From a virus (taxonomy: Duplodnaviria; Caudoviricetes): a stretch of 64,000 nt of DNA. The notes under the pieces are model-generated. The model saw only the letters and a list, made by a program, of their open reading frames with translations. It did not search any database and had not been told where the DNA came from. The position numbers and the translations under genes are program-made. The stretch covers positions 1 to 64,000 of IMG/VR virus record IMGVR_UViG_3300028591_000100. One strand, 5' to 3'. Position 1 is the stretch's first letter. Each line of letters begins with the position of its first letter. Below, in pieces: positions 16,801 through 27,373 of the stretch.

Positions 16801-17433
16801 ATGGAAAGAGAAGAATTAAAATATTTAGAAGAAGTCGAACCAGACTTTAACATTTCAAAATTCAATAAAAAATTTATAACTTTAAGAGAATTAAAGGGAA
16901 AAACTCAAGAGGTTAAGGAGAAGTTGTATCCTGCTATTGCTTCTTATAACCAAAGAAGGGTTTTAGCTAAATTTATGGAGTTATTAAATGATAAGTTTGG
17001 CGATAAGCTGTTAATCGATGGTAGTGATATGTTAGGTATTAAGTACACCGCTAGACATAGCGATGGTATTTACGAAGATTTAACTTTCACGACCTTCGGA
17101 CACAGTTATGTGTTTAGTTGTTTTTTAACATTTGCCATAGATGGATATATTTATTATATCCAGTTCTGTGAAAATCCATTGCTACCCGATAGCAGTTACA
17201 TCTCTACAAAAAAGGTGTACAAGTCATTAGGTAAGTATTATACGCCAGAATATTATGGAACAAGTGATGATACAAACATCAACGACTTATTTATTGATTT
17301 ATACTCAACCGATTTTGATGTTGATGTTAACGCTGAAATCCTATTGAACTATTTTATGGTTAACAGATATCAAAAAGAGGGTATGTTATATCTAGGACAA
17401 GATAGGCGTACTTTTTATATAGAGGAGGAATAA
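16801..17433 (+). CDS. hypothetical protein
   Basis: AAGGAG RBS, 210 aa. Confidence 0.85.
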   Translation: MEREELKYLEEVEPDFNISKFNKKFITLRELKGKTQEVKEKLYPAIASYNQRRVLAKFMELLNDKFGDKLLIDGSDMLGIKYTARHSDGIYEDLTFTTFGHSYVFSCFLTFAIDGYIYYIQFCENPLLPDSSYISTKKVYKSLGKYYTPEYYGTSDDTNINDLFIDLYSTDFDVDVNAEILLNYFMVNRYQKEGMLYLGQDRRTFYIEEE

Positions 17434-17434
17434 T

Positions 17435-17830
17435 ATGAAAACGTTGCAATCTATTTTTGATTATCAAATAGAAAAATTAGATGGTGTTAACACCATTATA
17501 GACTTAAACACTGTGGTGTTCAGTGCCACAGGGACTCGCGCATTCGTGGGCCAATACGGCAGTATGAATTGCTATGAAGATGAATACGACGAACATGATT
17601 ATGTTTATCGTATTACACTAGATGATTTAATCGAAATGATTGTTTATTATGCAGAGGCATTTACTACTTGGAATGGTTATGAAGAGTATTCTGATTTTAT
17701 CTCTTCTAATCCAAGTAAAGATGACATTAAGAAGTTATTAGATTCTTTTAACTTTAATGAGACTCAAACTTATGAGCTTGCAGAAAAAGTAATGGAGCTT
17801 GCTCAAGCTCAGTATGAATATAATTCTTAG
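17435..17830 (+). CDS. acidic hypothetical protein
   Basis: GAGGAG RBS. Confidence 0.8.
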   Translation: MKTLQSIFDYQIEKLDGVNTIIDLNTVVFSATGTRAFVGQYGSMNCYEDEYDEHDYVYRITLDDLIEMIVYYAEAFTTWNGYEEYSDFISSNPSKDDIKKLLDSFNFNETQTYELAEKVMELAQAQYEYNS

Positions 17831-17868
17831 GGAGGAGTAAGAGGCTTAAAGAAAGAGGTAGAAGAATA

Positions 17869-18108
17869 ATGACATTAGAAGAGTTATTAAATGTAATGGA
17901 AAACGATGAGCAGATCGATATTTGGATAGATGAAACTAAAAATATTGATACTAAAACAGCCAAAGAAATATTTGATGAAGTTGAAGTTTCTGATGTAAAA
18001 AATAGTTCGACATATGAAACAATAAAAAACTCTCAAGTGTGGTTTGTTGGTAGAACGTTCTTTAGTACAATAGAAATTAGAATCTTAGAAAATGAAAAGG
18101 GTGAGTAA
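17869..18108 (+). CDS. hypothetical protein
   Basis: GAGGT RBS. Confidence 0.75.
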   Translation: MTLEELLNVMENDEQIDIWIDETKNIDTKTAKEIFDEVEVSDVKNSSTYETIKNSQVWFVGRTFFSTIEIRILENEKGE

Positions 18109-18110
18109 AG

Positions 18111-18311
18111 ATGAAATACTATGTAGTATATACAGGCAAAGATACAGGATATTATCGAACAACATATTGGGTTGTTTGTGTAACCTGTTCATTAGAGGTA
18201 GCTGAAGACCTCTGCAAAAAATTCGGTTACCGCTATAGTGAGGAGGTTGTTGGAGCACCTAGAAAGACTCCTTATGATGTAAAAAGTTTTATGGAAGGAG
18301 AAGGTGAATAA
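18111..18311 (+). CDS. hypothetical protein
   Basis: tight spacing, RBS. Confidence 0.7.
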   Translation: MKYYVVYTGKDTGYYRTTYWVVCVTCSLEVAEDLCKKFGYRYSEEVVGAPRKTPYDVKSFMEGEGE

Positions 18312-18314
18312 AAT

Positions 18315-18767
18315 ATGGGAAAGATTTATGAAACAGTAGAAGATTTCTTCTACAAAGAGTGGATTCAGAACATCCCTCAAGAATTAGAATACACTGGCTT
18401 AGGTGTAGAAAAAGAAAGAGAAGGCTCTGAGCGCCTTGATGTGGACGACTATCGAGAGTTCACTGAACGCCGAACTTTTGATGAATATACTTTCAATGTC
18501 CCAGAAGAGGACGCTGAAATCATCATCGAGGAGTATCTAAAAAAGCCTTTCAAAGAGATCACAATTGATGACTTAAAGGCCATTGACCTTAAAAATCTTG
18601 AATTGTGGATGCTTGACTTCTACTATGATGATGCAATAGAAGAGGTTGAAGCATTAGACCCAGATGATGATGACTCAGATGACTGGGAAGAGGTAGACCC
18701 AATGGACGGATATGATGACTACTGTTACGAACGTGACAGAGATGAAGCATTAGAAAGGGGTGAGTAG
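18315..18767 (+). CDS. very acidic hypothetical protein
   Basis: D/E-rich throughout, 150 aa. Confidence 0.8.
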   Translation: MGKIYETVEDFFYKEWIQNIPQELEYTGLGVEKEREGSERLDVDDYREFTERRTFDEYTFNVPEEDAEIIIEEYLKKPFKEITIDDLKAIDLKNLELWMLDFYYDDAIEEVEALDPDDDDSDDWEEVDPMDGYDDYCYERDRDEALERGE

Positions 18768-18940
18768 TATGGAAAAAATTGAGCTTCAAATGGCTTTAGA
18801 CACTTTAGCTGGTGCTTATGCAAAGCCACAAAAGCAAGAGGATGGCACAACTAGATATGTGTTAGAAGGCGAATACAAAAAAGCTTATGATACATTAAAA
18901 GAAGCCATCAATCAAATACAATAAGAAAGGAGGGGATGAT

Positions 18941-19483
18941 ATGGTCCCTTTAACAATTTATCAAGTATCAAAAGAGTATGTGACAGTTGCGAAATTAGCG
19001 CATCACAATGGTTTTGACAATGAAAAGATAGCCAAAGCAGTAAAGTGTTATGATGAAGTTGTCAAAAGGGCAGATAACCCAAGCAGCTATCCTCAAGATA
19101 AATATTACAAAGCAGCTAAAGATATTTATGATTTAGTTTGTCTTTGTGATACACAAACTGAGAGAGTAACTAAATACCTATCTCATTTCGGGATAGAGGG
19201 ACACAAACCTTATGAGGTTTTGTATTCAAGAAAAACTGAGTTCACAAGAAATGTCGTCGATGTGGATTTAGTATATGAAGACGACACCACAGAGCACACC
19301 ATGTTCTCAAGAGAGGGCTGTAAAAATCGTGCTCAACTAATAGAATGTTTAAAGCAAACATATGAAGGTAGTAATACACTTATTACATGTGTTAGTGATA
19401 TGTATACACAACGTATTACTACCTATACATATGATAGGTTATATAGTAAAATTGATAATATTTATAATAAGGAGGAATCATAA
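18941..19483 (+). CDS. hypothetical protein
   Basis: AGGAGG RBS. Confidence 0.85.
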   Translation: MVPLTIYQVSKEYVTVAKLAHHNGFDNEKIAKAVKCYDEVVKRADNPSSYPQDKYYKAAKDIYDLVCLCDTQTERVTKYLSHFGIEGHKPYEVLYSRKTEFTRNVVDVDLVYEDDTTEHTMFSREGCKNRAQLIECLKQTYEGSNTLITCVSDMYTQRITTYTYDRLYSKIDNIYNKEES

Positions 19484-19484
19484 A

Positions 19485-20192
19485 ATGAAAAAAAGAAGTA
19501 TTATTAATTTAGAGGTTTTACCTCTAGAAGAAATTAAAAGAAAGGTTAATAGTTTTAAAAAGGGTAGTATGCATACCTTAACCATCATTGATGGAGTCCC
19601 ACTTGATCTTGAAGATGGTAAGGTGTTATATATTACTGAAACATTTAAAGTCAGGTTTAATATAAAATACCATAATATCGCAGCTGTTAGATTCAAAGAC
19701 AAGGTATTAGCTGCAGAAAATGCAGTACAAGTGTTTGAAGCTCGTCGTTTCTATGATGAGTTAAAGCACAAAGAAACGGTGGCTAAAACAGCATTAGAAG
19801 AACTAGAAAGAAAAGAAAAACTAGTTCGGGCAGGCAAGCCTGTTGCCGCTGAAATCATCTCTAAAGAAGATGATGCGGACAGACACGCTGATTGTCCGTC
19901 TGTTGTAAATTCTAAAAACGGTCATATAAATTTAACCTGTTATACAGCATTTACAACCAAAATCAGAAGTATTAAAGGCGGTTTTGAATATGAGGAAATT
20001 GGTCCTCAAATTCGATACTTCGTTAAATATCCTGATGGATATGTAATCGAGGTTGATCCAGAAAAAGATAAAAAAATAAAAGAAGCATTAACAACGGCTC
20101 GAACTACCGCGAGAGCGTTAATGAAAAAGAAATCAGGTGGAGCAACCGTGGTGTTTAAGCCACGAGTAAATGGTATTATAGAATTATACTAG
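19485..20192 (+). CDS. basic hypothetical protein
   Basis: Start moved to 19485 behind AAGGAGG. Confidence 0.85.
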   Translation: MKKRSIINLEVLPLEEIKRKVNSFKKGSMHTLTIIDGVPLDLEDGKVLYITETFKVRFNIKYHNIAAVRFKDKVLAAENAVQVFEARRFYDELKHKETVAKTALEELERKEKLVRAGKPVAAEIISKEDDADRHADCPSVVNSKNGHINLTCYTAFTTKIRSIKGGFEYEEIGPQIRYFVKYPDGYVIEVDPEKDKKIKEALTTARTTARALMKKKSGGATVVFKPRVNGIIELY

Positions 20193-20204
20193 GAGGTGAT
20201 GTGT

Positions 20205-22265
20205 ATGGCATCAATTAAATATGAAAAAATCATAACAGAGCTTTATAGAATCAAATATCGAGAGAAAATTATATCTCTCGTAAATATGGTCGCTACGCCC
20301 CGTGTCATCGGGGTGCAGTTTGACGCTAAATGTCATTCTACATATACAAAAATATGTGGAAGAAAAATAAAGAAAATGAGAATAACCATCGGTGGCGGAA
20401 CAATCAAGCAAATTGCGAATTGTCCAGATAAATTCACAAATCGTGAACAATGTGACGCCGTAGCTAAAGATGTAGATTTAGCTATAAAAGCTTTAGTACA
20501 TCATGAGCTTGGGCATGATCTATTCACTGATATGGTGTCTAGATTAATTATTGATTATAAGGAGCCAAAATATGTTCCTTTTATTCATACTATGTTCAAC
20601 ATACTTGAAGACCAAGTTATAGAATACTGTATGACTTTATATTTTAAAAAGAATTTCCCATACCATGTAAATCCAAAACACTATTTTAATTTCATGGTTG
20701 AAAGAATGTTTAAGGATAAAGCTGCCGAATACAAAGATGATGGGACTCAAAATGGTTTCTTAAATTACATTTTAATGGCTGTCCGTATTGGAGAGGATAA
20801 AATACCTAATAGATGCGAAATCTTTGATAAGTATGCTAAAGATTTAATACCACTTATTCAGGCAGTGCTAAAAGAGCCTGATGCAACAGCCCGCATTGAA
20901 AAAACTATAACCCTATGTGAATGGATTATAGAAAATATTAAAGAATTCAAATGGGAAATCCCAGATATTCCAGCTGACGAAAAGCTATCTGGAAGAATGG
21001 CTGACGCTCCAGGCGGCATGGGAGTTCCTATGGGTGGCTTTGGCATGCCATCTGGTAAAATGCCATTTGGAGGTGGCGGTGGCGCAAAAGGAGAAGACTC
21101 CGAAGTGCACGACGAAGGCGATGGCGATGAAGAAGGTTCTGGAGGTAAGTCTGACGATGAAACTGATGATTCAGGTGGAACTAAAGGAGGGTCTGAAGAA
21201 GGTGGTGAAGATGGAGCCGAAGATGAAGAAGCCGAGGACGAAGAAAAGGAAGACGGCGAAGACGAAGACAGTGGTGAGGCCGACGAAGACGATGGAGAAG
21301 ACGAAGAAGAGGAAGATGAGGAATCTGGAACAGACTACGATGACTATGCTGACAAGGAAATCGATGATGATTTCTATAGTTCAGTTTTTAACGATTACAT
21401 ACATGATGGAGATGACCATGAGTGGTGTATCGCTAAAGAAGATTTCGAAGTCAAAGATGACTCTGTAGTTGATGATGTTAATACGATTGTCAACAATAAT
21501 ATTGATATGATACAGAGTATATCAGATTACTTAACTATCTTCAAAGGCCGTATTCGACCAAAAGACACAGATGGTTTTACATCTGGTAGGTTATCGCCTC
21601 GTAGAGCTGCGAGAGCAGAGTTATCTGGTAATTACACTACAAGAATCTTCCAGAGAAGAGTTCCAAGAGGAAGGGATGCTGATTTAGCGGTTTATATCCT
21701 AGGAGATGGTTCAGGCTCTATGCATGGACTTAGCTCTGAAGTATCAACAGAAGCTATGATAGTTTCTGCGCAAGCGTGTGAATGGTCACATATACCTTGT
21801 GAAGTGGCAACTTTCACAAAAACTTCAGATTCACCTGATGGTATATCATTTACTATCGTTCAAAAAGGATTTGAAGATACTTTTGAAGCTGCAAAACCTT
21901 ATTTAGGTATTAGTTCTACTGCGATGTTATCAAAACTTCGTGCCATAAGACCAGTGCCAACCTTTGCAGGAAACTCTGAAGAGGTTAACTTGTTTTATAT
22001 TTGGCAAAAATTTAAAAAAGTTGACCACAAAACGAAGTTATTGTTCGTTATGTGTGATGGCGAGACTACAGGTTCAAAAAATAACTTGAAAGAAGTCATC
22101 ACTCGGATGGAAGCACAAGATGGCATTATTGTTATCGGAATTGGAATTATGTGTAATGCTTTAAAATATACATATAATCATTATAAAATTTTTAATAGTA
22201 TGGAGGACTTACAAGAAAACTTAGCTCCATATCTAATTGAAACATTATCGCAATATGCGAAATAA
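20205..22265 (+). CDS. CobT-like vWA-domain protein with N-terminal HExxH motif and acidic linker
   Basis: HHELGH and NILED motifs; long G/D/E low-complexity linker; MIDAS DGSGS and downstream CDG. Confidence 0.85.
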   Translation: MASIKYEKIITELYRIKYREKIISLVNMVATPRVIGVQFDAKCHSTYTKICGRKIKKMRITIGGGTIKQIANCPDKFTNREQCDAVAKDVDLAIKALVHHELGHDLFTDMVSRLIIDYKEPKYVPFIHTMFNILEDQVIEYCMTLYFKKNFPYHVNPKHYFNFMVERMFKDKAAEYKDDGTQNGFLNYILMAVRIGEDKIPNRCEIFDKYAKDLIPLIQAVLKEPDATARIEKTITLCEWIIENIKEFKWEIPDIPADEKLSGRMADAPGGMGVPMGGFGMPSGKMPFGGGGGAKGEDSEVHDEGDGDEEGSGGKSDDETDDSGGTKGGSEEGGEDGAEDEEAEDEEKEDGEDEDSGEADEDDGEDEEEEDEESGTDYDDYADKEIDDDFYSSVFNDYIHDGDDHEWCIAKEDFEVKDDSVVDDVNTIVNNNIDMIQSISDYLTIFKGRIRPKDTDGFTSGRLSPRRAARAELSGNYTTRIFQRRVPRGRDADLAVYILGDGSGSMHGLSSEVSTEAMIVSAQACEWSHIPCEVATFTKTSDSPDGISFTIVQKGFEDTFEAAKPYLGISSTAMLSKLRAIRPVPTFAGNSEEVNLFYIWQKFKKVDHKTKLLFVMCDGETTGSKNNLKEVITRMEAQDGIIVIGIGIMCNALKYTYNHYKIFNSMEDLQENLAPYLIETLSQYAK

Positions 22266-22290
22266 ATAGAAGAAAAGAGGAATAATAAAA

Positions 22291-23772
22291 ATGACAAAAG
22301 AAAATCTATTAAAATTATTACAAGGAATCCTAGTAATAGGAGAATTAGAGGAGCCAGAAAGCTACGTATTAGCTTTGGTTTCTAAAAAACAAAACTTAAT
22401 CATCCCAATGTTAAGAAAGAGTGGTGTTGGAACAGCATATATCGATCCAACTTTATTTAATGATGCTCAATTTGAACAGTTAAATACTGTTGTAGACACT
22501 TTAAACAAGGAAAGAATTTTCCCTATTTTTAAATATACACCAAAAGGCAAAGCAGCTCCTGCCTTCAACAAAACTATTACTAAATTTGTAAAGCCATCAG
22601 GAATCAAACAAATTTTACCTGAAGGTTGCAAAGCTATATTTGAAGCTGCAGGATATACAGTTGTAGCCACAGATGCATCTGATTATCCTTACACTGCTAG
22701 AAACTTTGGCACTCAAGTAGAAGATGACGAAGTCTTCAAAGAACAATATGAAACTGAAAAAGCGGATTTGGAAAGAAAACACATTCCTTATGACCACTTT
22801 GATGTTGATCTAGAAATGCAGTACAAAGCTATAATGAGTGGCTCTCGTCCAGGTGTACTATTAGTAGGTCCAGCAGGTGTAGGTAAATCAGAAATGACTA
22901 AGGCTTTCGCTGTTAGGGCAAAAGCTCATAGAATAGATATTCAATTATCACCTACTACACAACCTGAAGACTTAGAAGGACAATTAGTTCCTGATGATAC
23001 TCCAGGTTCACAAAAGAATTGGAAGTTTGAAGAAGGCCCTGTTCTAAAGGCTTGGAGTAAAGGATATTTCCTAACTGCTCAAGAAATAAACTTTGCTCTT
23101 GCAGGAGCAAACTCATGCTTAAATAAATATTTAGATGGTAGTTTATATATTACTATTCATAATAAAACTTATCATAGACATCCAAACTTTGTGTTTATGG
23201 CAACTATGAATGCTGGATATGAGGATACTGAAAAGCTAAACCAAGCTTTAAAGAATAGATATAGTATTGTTCAGCTAGAACCACTAACAGAACAACAATT
23301 CTGTGACAGAGTTATTGCTCACACAGAATTTTTAGGACATAAAATCACAGATACTTTTGCTAAAGAAATTTTCAAATTCAGTAGTTTTATGCAACAACAA
23401 GCAAAGGCTGCTGGATGGCATGAAAATGTCGAATTCGGTTATAGAAATGCTGAAAGATTCCTAGATGATATTTTCTTAGAACCATGTGATTTTGCGCACT
23501 TCAGTTCTGCTGTGCACGCAGCTTATACAAATGCATTGAGCTGTGATAATAATAACACAGAAAAATTAATGGCATTCAAACGTCAAGAAGAAGTTTGTAA
23601 CTTAATTAAGCAGATGTTTGAATACTATGATTACTCAGAGGCAGAAACAACCAAAGTGGTAGATGATTTTGACGAGTTATTCGTTGAACCAACTCCAGAA
23701 GAGGCTGAAGCAACTGAGAGAGAAGATGGCGCTTTTGGTGCAATCTTCGACAGATTTAAAACAAGAGATTAA
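22291..23772 (+). CDS. MoxR/CbbQ-type AAA+ ATPase
   Basis: Walker A GPAGVGKS; EGPV..A..G; HPNFVFMATMN; LNQALKNRY; adjacent to vWA gene. Confidence 0.9.
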   Translation: MTKENLLKLLQGILVIGELEEPESYVLALVSKKQNLIIPMLRKSGVGTAYIDPTLFNDAQFEQLNTVVDTLNKERIFPIFKYTPKGKAAPAFNKTITKFVKPSGIKQILPEGCKAIFEAAGYTVVATDASDYPYTARNFGTQVEDDEVFKEQYETEKADLERKHIPYDHFDVDLEMQYKAIMSGSRPGVLLVGPAGVGKSEMTKAFAVRAKAHRIDIQLSPTTQPEDLEGQLVPDDTPGSQKNWKFEEGPVLKAWSKGYFLTAQEINFALAGANSCLNKYLDGSLYITIHNKTYHRHPNFVFMATMNAGYEDTEKLNQALKNRYSIVQLEPLTEQQFCDRVIAHTEFLGHKITDTFAKEIFKFSSFMQQQAKAAGWHENVEFGYRNAERFLDDIFLEPCDFAHFSSAVHAAYTNALSCDNNNTEKLMAFKRQEEVCNLIKQMFEYYDYSEAETTKVVDDFDELFVEPTPEEAEATEREDGAFGAIFDRFKTRD

Positions 23773-23790
23773 TAAAGGGGGAAAATAAAA

Positions 23791-24339
23791 ATGAAAAAAA
23801 CAAACAAAATAATCAAAATCAATGCTGATTCAATTAACGTTAAGGAAATATTTGAGAAAGGTGATAAAGCAACCTTAGAGGAAAGAGTAGGCGCTGCTGT
23901 TGTTGTTAAGTACACACTTGATAAAATAGCAGCAGAAAAAGCACAAACAGAGGCTATCTATAATATGTTAGCCTCTTCTATTACCTCAGTACCTTTTGGA
24001 GATAATCTTGACAAACTTCTATCATCTGGTGCTATTAGTTATCCAGCTAGTGAAAAACCTGTGTTTGAAGTTAGTGATTCAAAAGGTATTTTAGCTACAG
24101 CATACATTAATGATGGTAAGGATGATCAGTTTAAAATTGACCCAGCTTTATCTGTAAAAGCAACATTAGATAAAATAGTGCCAGAACAATATAAAAAAGT
24201 TAATATAACTTTAAATAAGAGCGCTGTTGAAAAAGATTACAATGCAGGAGTTTTACCAAAGACTCTTGCTGTTTTCTGCTCAAAAGACCCTATTGAAATA
24301 ACTAAATTAATAATTAAAGCAACTAAGGAGGAGGAGTAA
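23791..24339 (+). CDS. hypothetical protein
   Basis: 182 aa, GGGG RBS. Confidence 0.8.
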   Translation: MKKTNKIIKINADSINVKEIFEKGDKATLEERVGAAVVVKYTLDKIAAEKAQTEAIYNMLASSITSVPFGDNLDKLLSSGAISYPASEKPVFEVSDSKGILATAYINDGKDDQFKIDPALSVKATLDKIVPEQYKKVNITLNKSAVEKDYNAGVLPKTLAVFCSKDPIEITKLIIKATKEEE

Positions 24340-24340
24340 T

Positions 24341-24643
24341 ATGCAACTTAAAGAGCTAAAGCAAGACTGGATTCAAGAGATAAACGGGGTTCTCGCACAA
24401 GCTGGAGACTCTATAAAAGAAACATCTATAGCAAAAGTTTACGATGCTTCAGGTGAACGTGGAATGAAACTAAAACTATGGTTGATTGGTGAAAGTAATA
24501 ATAGTGATAAAAAATACTATTATTACATGTATATCACAAAAAAATGTGAAGCGAAAAAATACAACGGCTCTATTTTTGCAAACATGCAAAAAGATTTTGA
24601 GGAAGATACAAAAGATTATAAATATTTAGGACACATATCATAA
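24341..24643 (+). CDS. hypothetical protein
   Basis: GGAGGAG RBS. Confidence 0.8.
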   Translation: MQLKELKQDWIQEINGVLAQAGDSIKETSIAKVYDASGERGMKLKLWLIGESNNSDKKYYYYMYITKKCEAKKYNGSIFANMQKDFEEDTKDYKYLGHIS

Positions 24644-24661
24644 ACAAGGAGGAACAATAAT

Positions 24662-25054
24662 ATGCCAGAAAATATTAATATCGTCACTATGACATTAGAG
24701 GAGTACAAAAAAACTATTTTAGAATTAGATAGACTAAAAACTTTAGTCGCCACTTATAAGAAAAAAGTTGAAAAAGACGTTGAGAACGAAATATATGAGT
24801 CTAATATTAATAATATCCCTACTAGGGGAGAATGTTATGAATGGTTGAATAAACCAAAGTCAGAACTAATCAAAAAGTTCTCAAGCGGCTATTCATGGAG
24901 ATGGGAATCCATCGCTGAACAAAACTATGGCGTACTTACTGCGTCACAAGTTGAGGACATGTGTGTCTTTTTAATTAAAAAGATGATTGGTTATCGTATC
25001 GATGATCTAAAACCAGCAGAAGAAGAGAAAAAAGAGGGCGAGTCTGCTGAATAG
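24662..25054 (+). CDS. hypothetical protein
   Basis: AAGGAGG RBS. Confidence 0.8.
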   Translation: MPENINIVTMTLEEYKKTILELDRLKTLVATYKKKVEKDVENEIYESNINNIPTRGECYEWLNKPKSELIKKFSSGYSWRWESIAEQNYGVLTASQVEDMCVFLIKKMIGYRIDDLKPAEEEKKEGESAE

Positions 25055-25083
25055 CGGGCTCCCTTTTAGAAAGGAGTGATAAT

Positions 25084-25320
25084 ATGGACCAAGTAAAAGT
25101 AGAACAACACTTCAGACTTTTAGATTTAAAGAATGAAATTGAACGTTCAAAACTAATTATCTCAGGCATAAAGTGCGACTTAGGGTTGTGCACAAACAGA
25201 AATAAGCTTGCGAAGCTAAAAAACAAAAAGTTCTATATGGAACGTAAATTAAGGGGCTTGGTTTCACAAAAAAATAAGCTAGAAAAAGAATTTAAAGCAG
25301 AAAGAAAGGAGTGGTTCTAA
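25084..25320 (+). CDS. basic coiled-coil hypothetical protein
   Basis: AAGGAG RBS. Confidence 0.75.
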   Translation: MDQVKVEQHFRLLDLKNEIERSKLIISGIKCDLGLCTNRNKLAKLKNKKFYMERKLRGLVSQKNKLEKEFKAERKEWF

Positions 25321-25785
25321 ATGATTGTAATTACAGTATGTTTTAAAAAAGACGGCAAAAACTATCAGTATTTGCTACACAATCCTGGCAACCACAAGAT
25401 TGATAAGAACAGACCTTTGGTATATACTAAGGGTATTTTATATGGTAAGCCTGATAACGTTTATTTGTACCCCGTTTCGGTTGAGAGAGTGGAGGCGTTG
25501 CCTCCAATTGTAACAGCACAAATCACACTCTTGAGTGCGGACAATGTTATTAGAGTTGAAAAAATAGGTAAAATTACAGAGTTCATCAAAGAAAAAACAG
25601 AGGTCGAAGATGTAGAAGTTGCAGTTACTAAAGTTGCAGTTACACCTACTGTTACTTCATCACCAAAAAAAGAAACAGAGATACCCTCTCTTTCTCGTGT
25701 ATACGCATACAAAGACCCTGTTATTAATAAAACATTAAAAGATATTGATAAGAATATTCAAAAAATTCTAGGTAAAAGGACGTGA
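25321..25785 (+). CDS. hypothetical protein
   Basis: AAGGAG RBS. Confidence 0.8.
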   Translation: MIVITVCFKKDGKNYQYLLHNPGNHKIDKNRPLVYTKGILYGKPDNVYLYPVSVERVEALPPIVTAQITLLSADNVIRVEKIGKITEFIKEKTEVEDVEVAVTKVAVTPTVTSSPKKETEIPSLSRVYAYKDPVINKTLKDIDKNIQKILGKRT

Positions 25786-25789
25786 TAAA

Positions 25790-26539
25790 ATGAGTTGTGA
25801 CATTAAAATCTGCACAAACCATACAGGTAAGATGAAGGGTATTAAGAGTATTTCAACGTCTGTGTTATTAAATGAACACTGTCAAGCTAATCGAGCTATT
25901 GTTGGTAGTATTTGTTCACATTGTTATGCTAATAATCTAGCAAAAATGTATAAGGCTTTGCAACGGAATTTAGAGCATAATACAAAACTATTAACCACTG
26001 AGGTTCTACCCTTATCAGACCTACCAAAATTAGATGGTGAAGAGATATTTAGACTGGAGTCTTTTGGTGACTTAAATAATATGGTACAGTTACAAAACTA
26101 TTATAATATAGTTCGCTGGAATCCATCTGTACAATTTTCATTATATACCAAAAGACTAAGCCTTGTCCGCGAGTTTTTTGAATCAGAGGTTTTTTCCTTG
26201 CCATCAAATTTAACTCTGGTGTTTAGTTCATTGTTTTTAAACAAACCTTTGGACATCACAACTGTTAAATTGCCAACCCCACATTTTACAGGACAGTACA
26301 AGGTTTTTACCGTGTACACCAAAGATTATATTCTTAAGCACCCAGAACTTAAGATTAATTGCGGGGCGCGTTCTTGTGACAAATGCCGACTTTGTTATGT
26401 AAAGAACAATGTTCAATTTATTTCAGAAATCCTTAAGACTGACGTAGAAGGTGTCTCTTTTACGTTGGACATGAGGGATGAGGTAAAGCGAACGAAAATT
26501 TTAGAGAACATGGAGAAGGTTATACATAAATATAGATAG
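25790..26539 (+). CDS. Gp88-like Cys-rich phage protein
   Basis: GKMKG..SIS, C...ICSHCYA, FRLESFGD, FSLYTKR, C-terminal CxxxxCxxCxxCY. Confidence 0.7.
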   Translation: MSCDIKICTNHTGKMKGIKSISTSVLLNEHCQANRAIVGSICSHCYANNLAKMYKALQRNLEHNTKLLTTEVLPLSDLPKLDGEEIFRLESFGDLNNMVQLQNYYNIVRWNPSVQFSLYTKRLSLVREFFESEVFSLPSNLTLVFSSLFLNKPLDITTVKLPTPHFTGQYKVFTVYTKDYILKHPELKINCGARSCDKCRLCYVKNNVQFISEILKTDVEGVSFTLDMRDEVKRTKILENMEKVIHKYR

Positions 26540-26551
26540 GAGTGATAATAA

Positions 26552-27373
26552 ATGACTAAACCAGAACACAGTACATACGGACATTGGTTATATGCAATGC
26601 AAAACAATAGGGAATTTTGGGACGTTGTCACTAACGTTACCCTAAAAGTTGAAGAATCAAAGAAGTTAATTGACAAGCGACTAACAAACATAAATACGTT
26701 TTTCCCTCTTAGACTAGGTACTGGCTTTTTCGACATCTCAGAGCCACAATACCCACAAGAGTGGAGAGAAGAGCCTTGGGCACCGTTGGCGATTGAGTGC
26801 CATGGAAAGGCTGATGACTTTTTAAACAGACCAGGGGACATAAGTGTTATAATTTTTGTAGACAGTGAAACATTTGTAAAAGCACACAAGGAAATGTTCC
26901 ACTCTCTTTTTAAGAAGGCGACCTATTCTGATAAAAGTATTAGAAATTTTAGTGGTAGAGTATGCTATTTTCATAAAAAATCAGATGCTGAACCAGATAA
27001 CTTTGAAGGATTGGTAATGGAGGATTTTTGTTACACAGACCCTGTAATTACTCGACAAGCTCATATGTTTATGAATCGTAAATCCGCGATGAATCTCGCA
27101 GCTCATATTTGTGATGCCTTCCTATGGACGGGATATGATGCAGAGACGGAGGATGTTTATGATGAAGCTACTGATTTTATTTTTAGGATGCCAATTGAAT
27201 CATCACCATACAACACCACTCAAATAGGTTTGGCGATTCCAGGAAACGCTGGATGTTTCAACAATCGTTTGATTAAAAAGGGTTGGCATCTATGTGACTG
27301 TAAAAAAGACATAGAACACACGGTAGAATTTCTTTGGTCAGAGAAAAAGGAGGTATATGGTAATGGTAAATAA
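26552..27373 (+). CDS. hypothetical protein
   Basis: 273 aa, GGAG RBS. Confidence 0.85.
   Translation: MTKPEHSTYGHWLYAMQNNREFWDVVTNVTLKVEESKKLIDKRLTNINTFFPLRLGTGFFDISEPQYPQEWREEPWAPLAIECHGKADDFLNRPGDISVIIFVDSETFVKAHKEMFHSLFKKATYSDKSIRNFSGRVCYFHKKSDAEPDNFEGLVMEDFCYTDPVITRQAHMFMNRKSAMNLAAHICDAFLWTGYDAETEDVYDEATDFIFRMPIESSPYNTTQIGLAIPGNAGCFNNRLIKKGWHLCDCKKDIEHTVEFLWSEKKEVYGNGK

Noticed and set aside
21034-21468. 144-aa K/M/T-rich alternative-frame ORF
   Set aside because: Shadow frame of the GAA/GAT-rich acidic linker in the vWA gene
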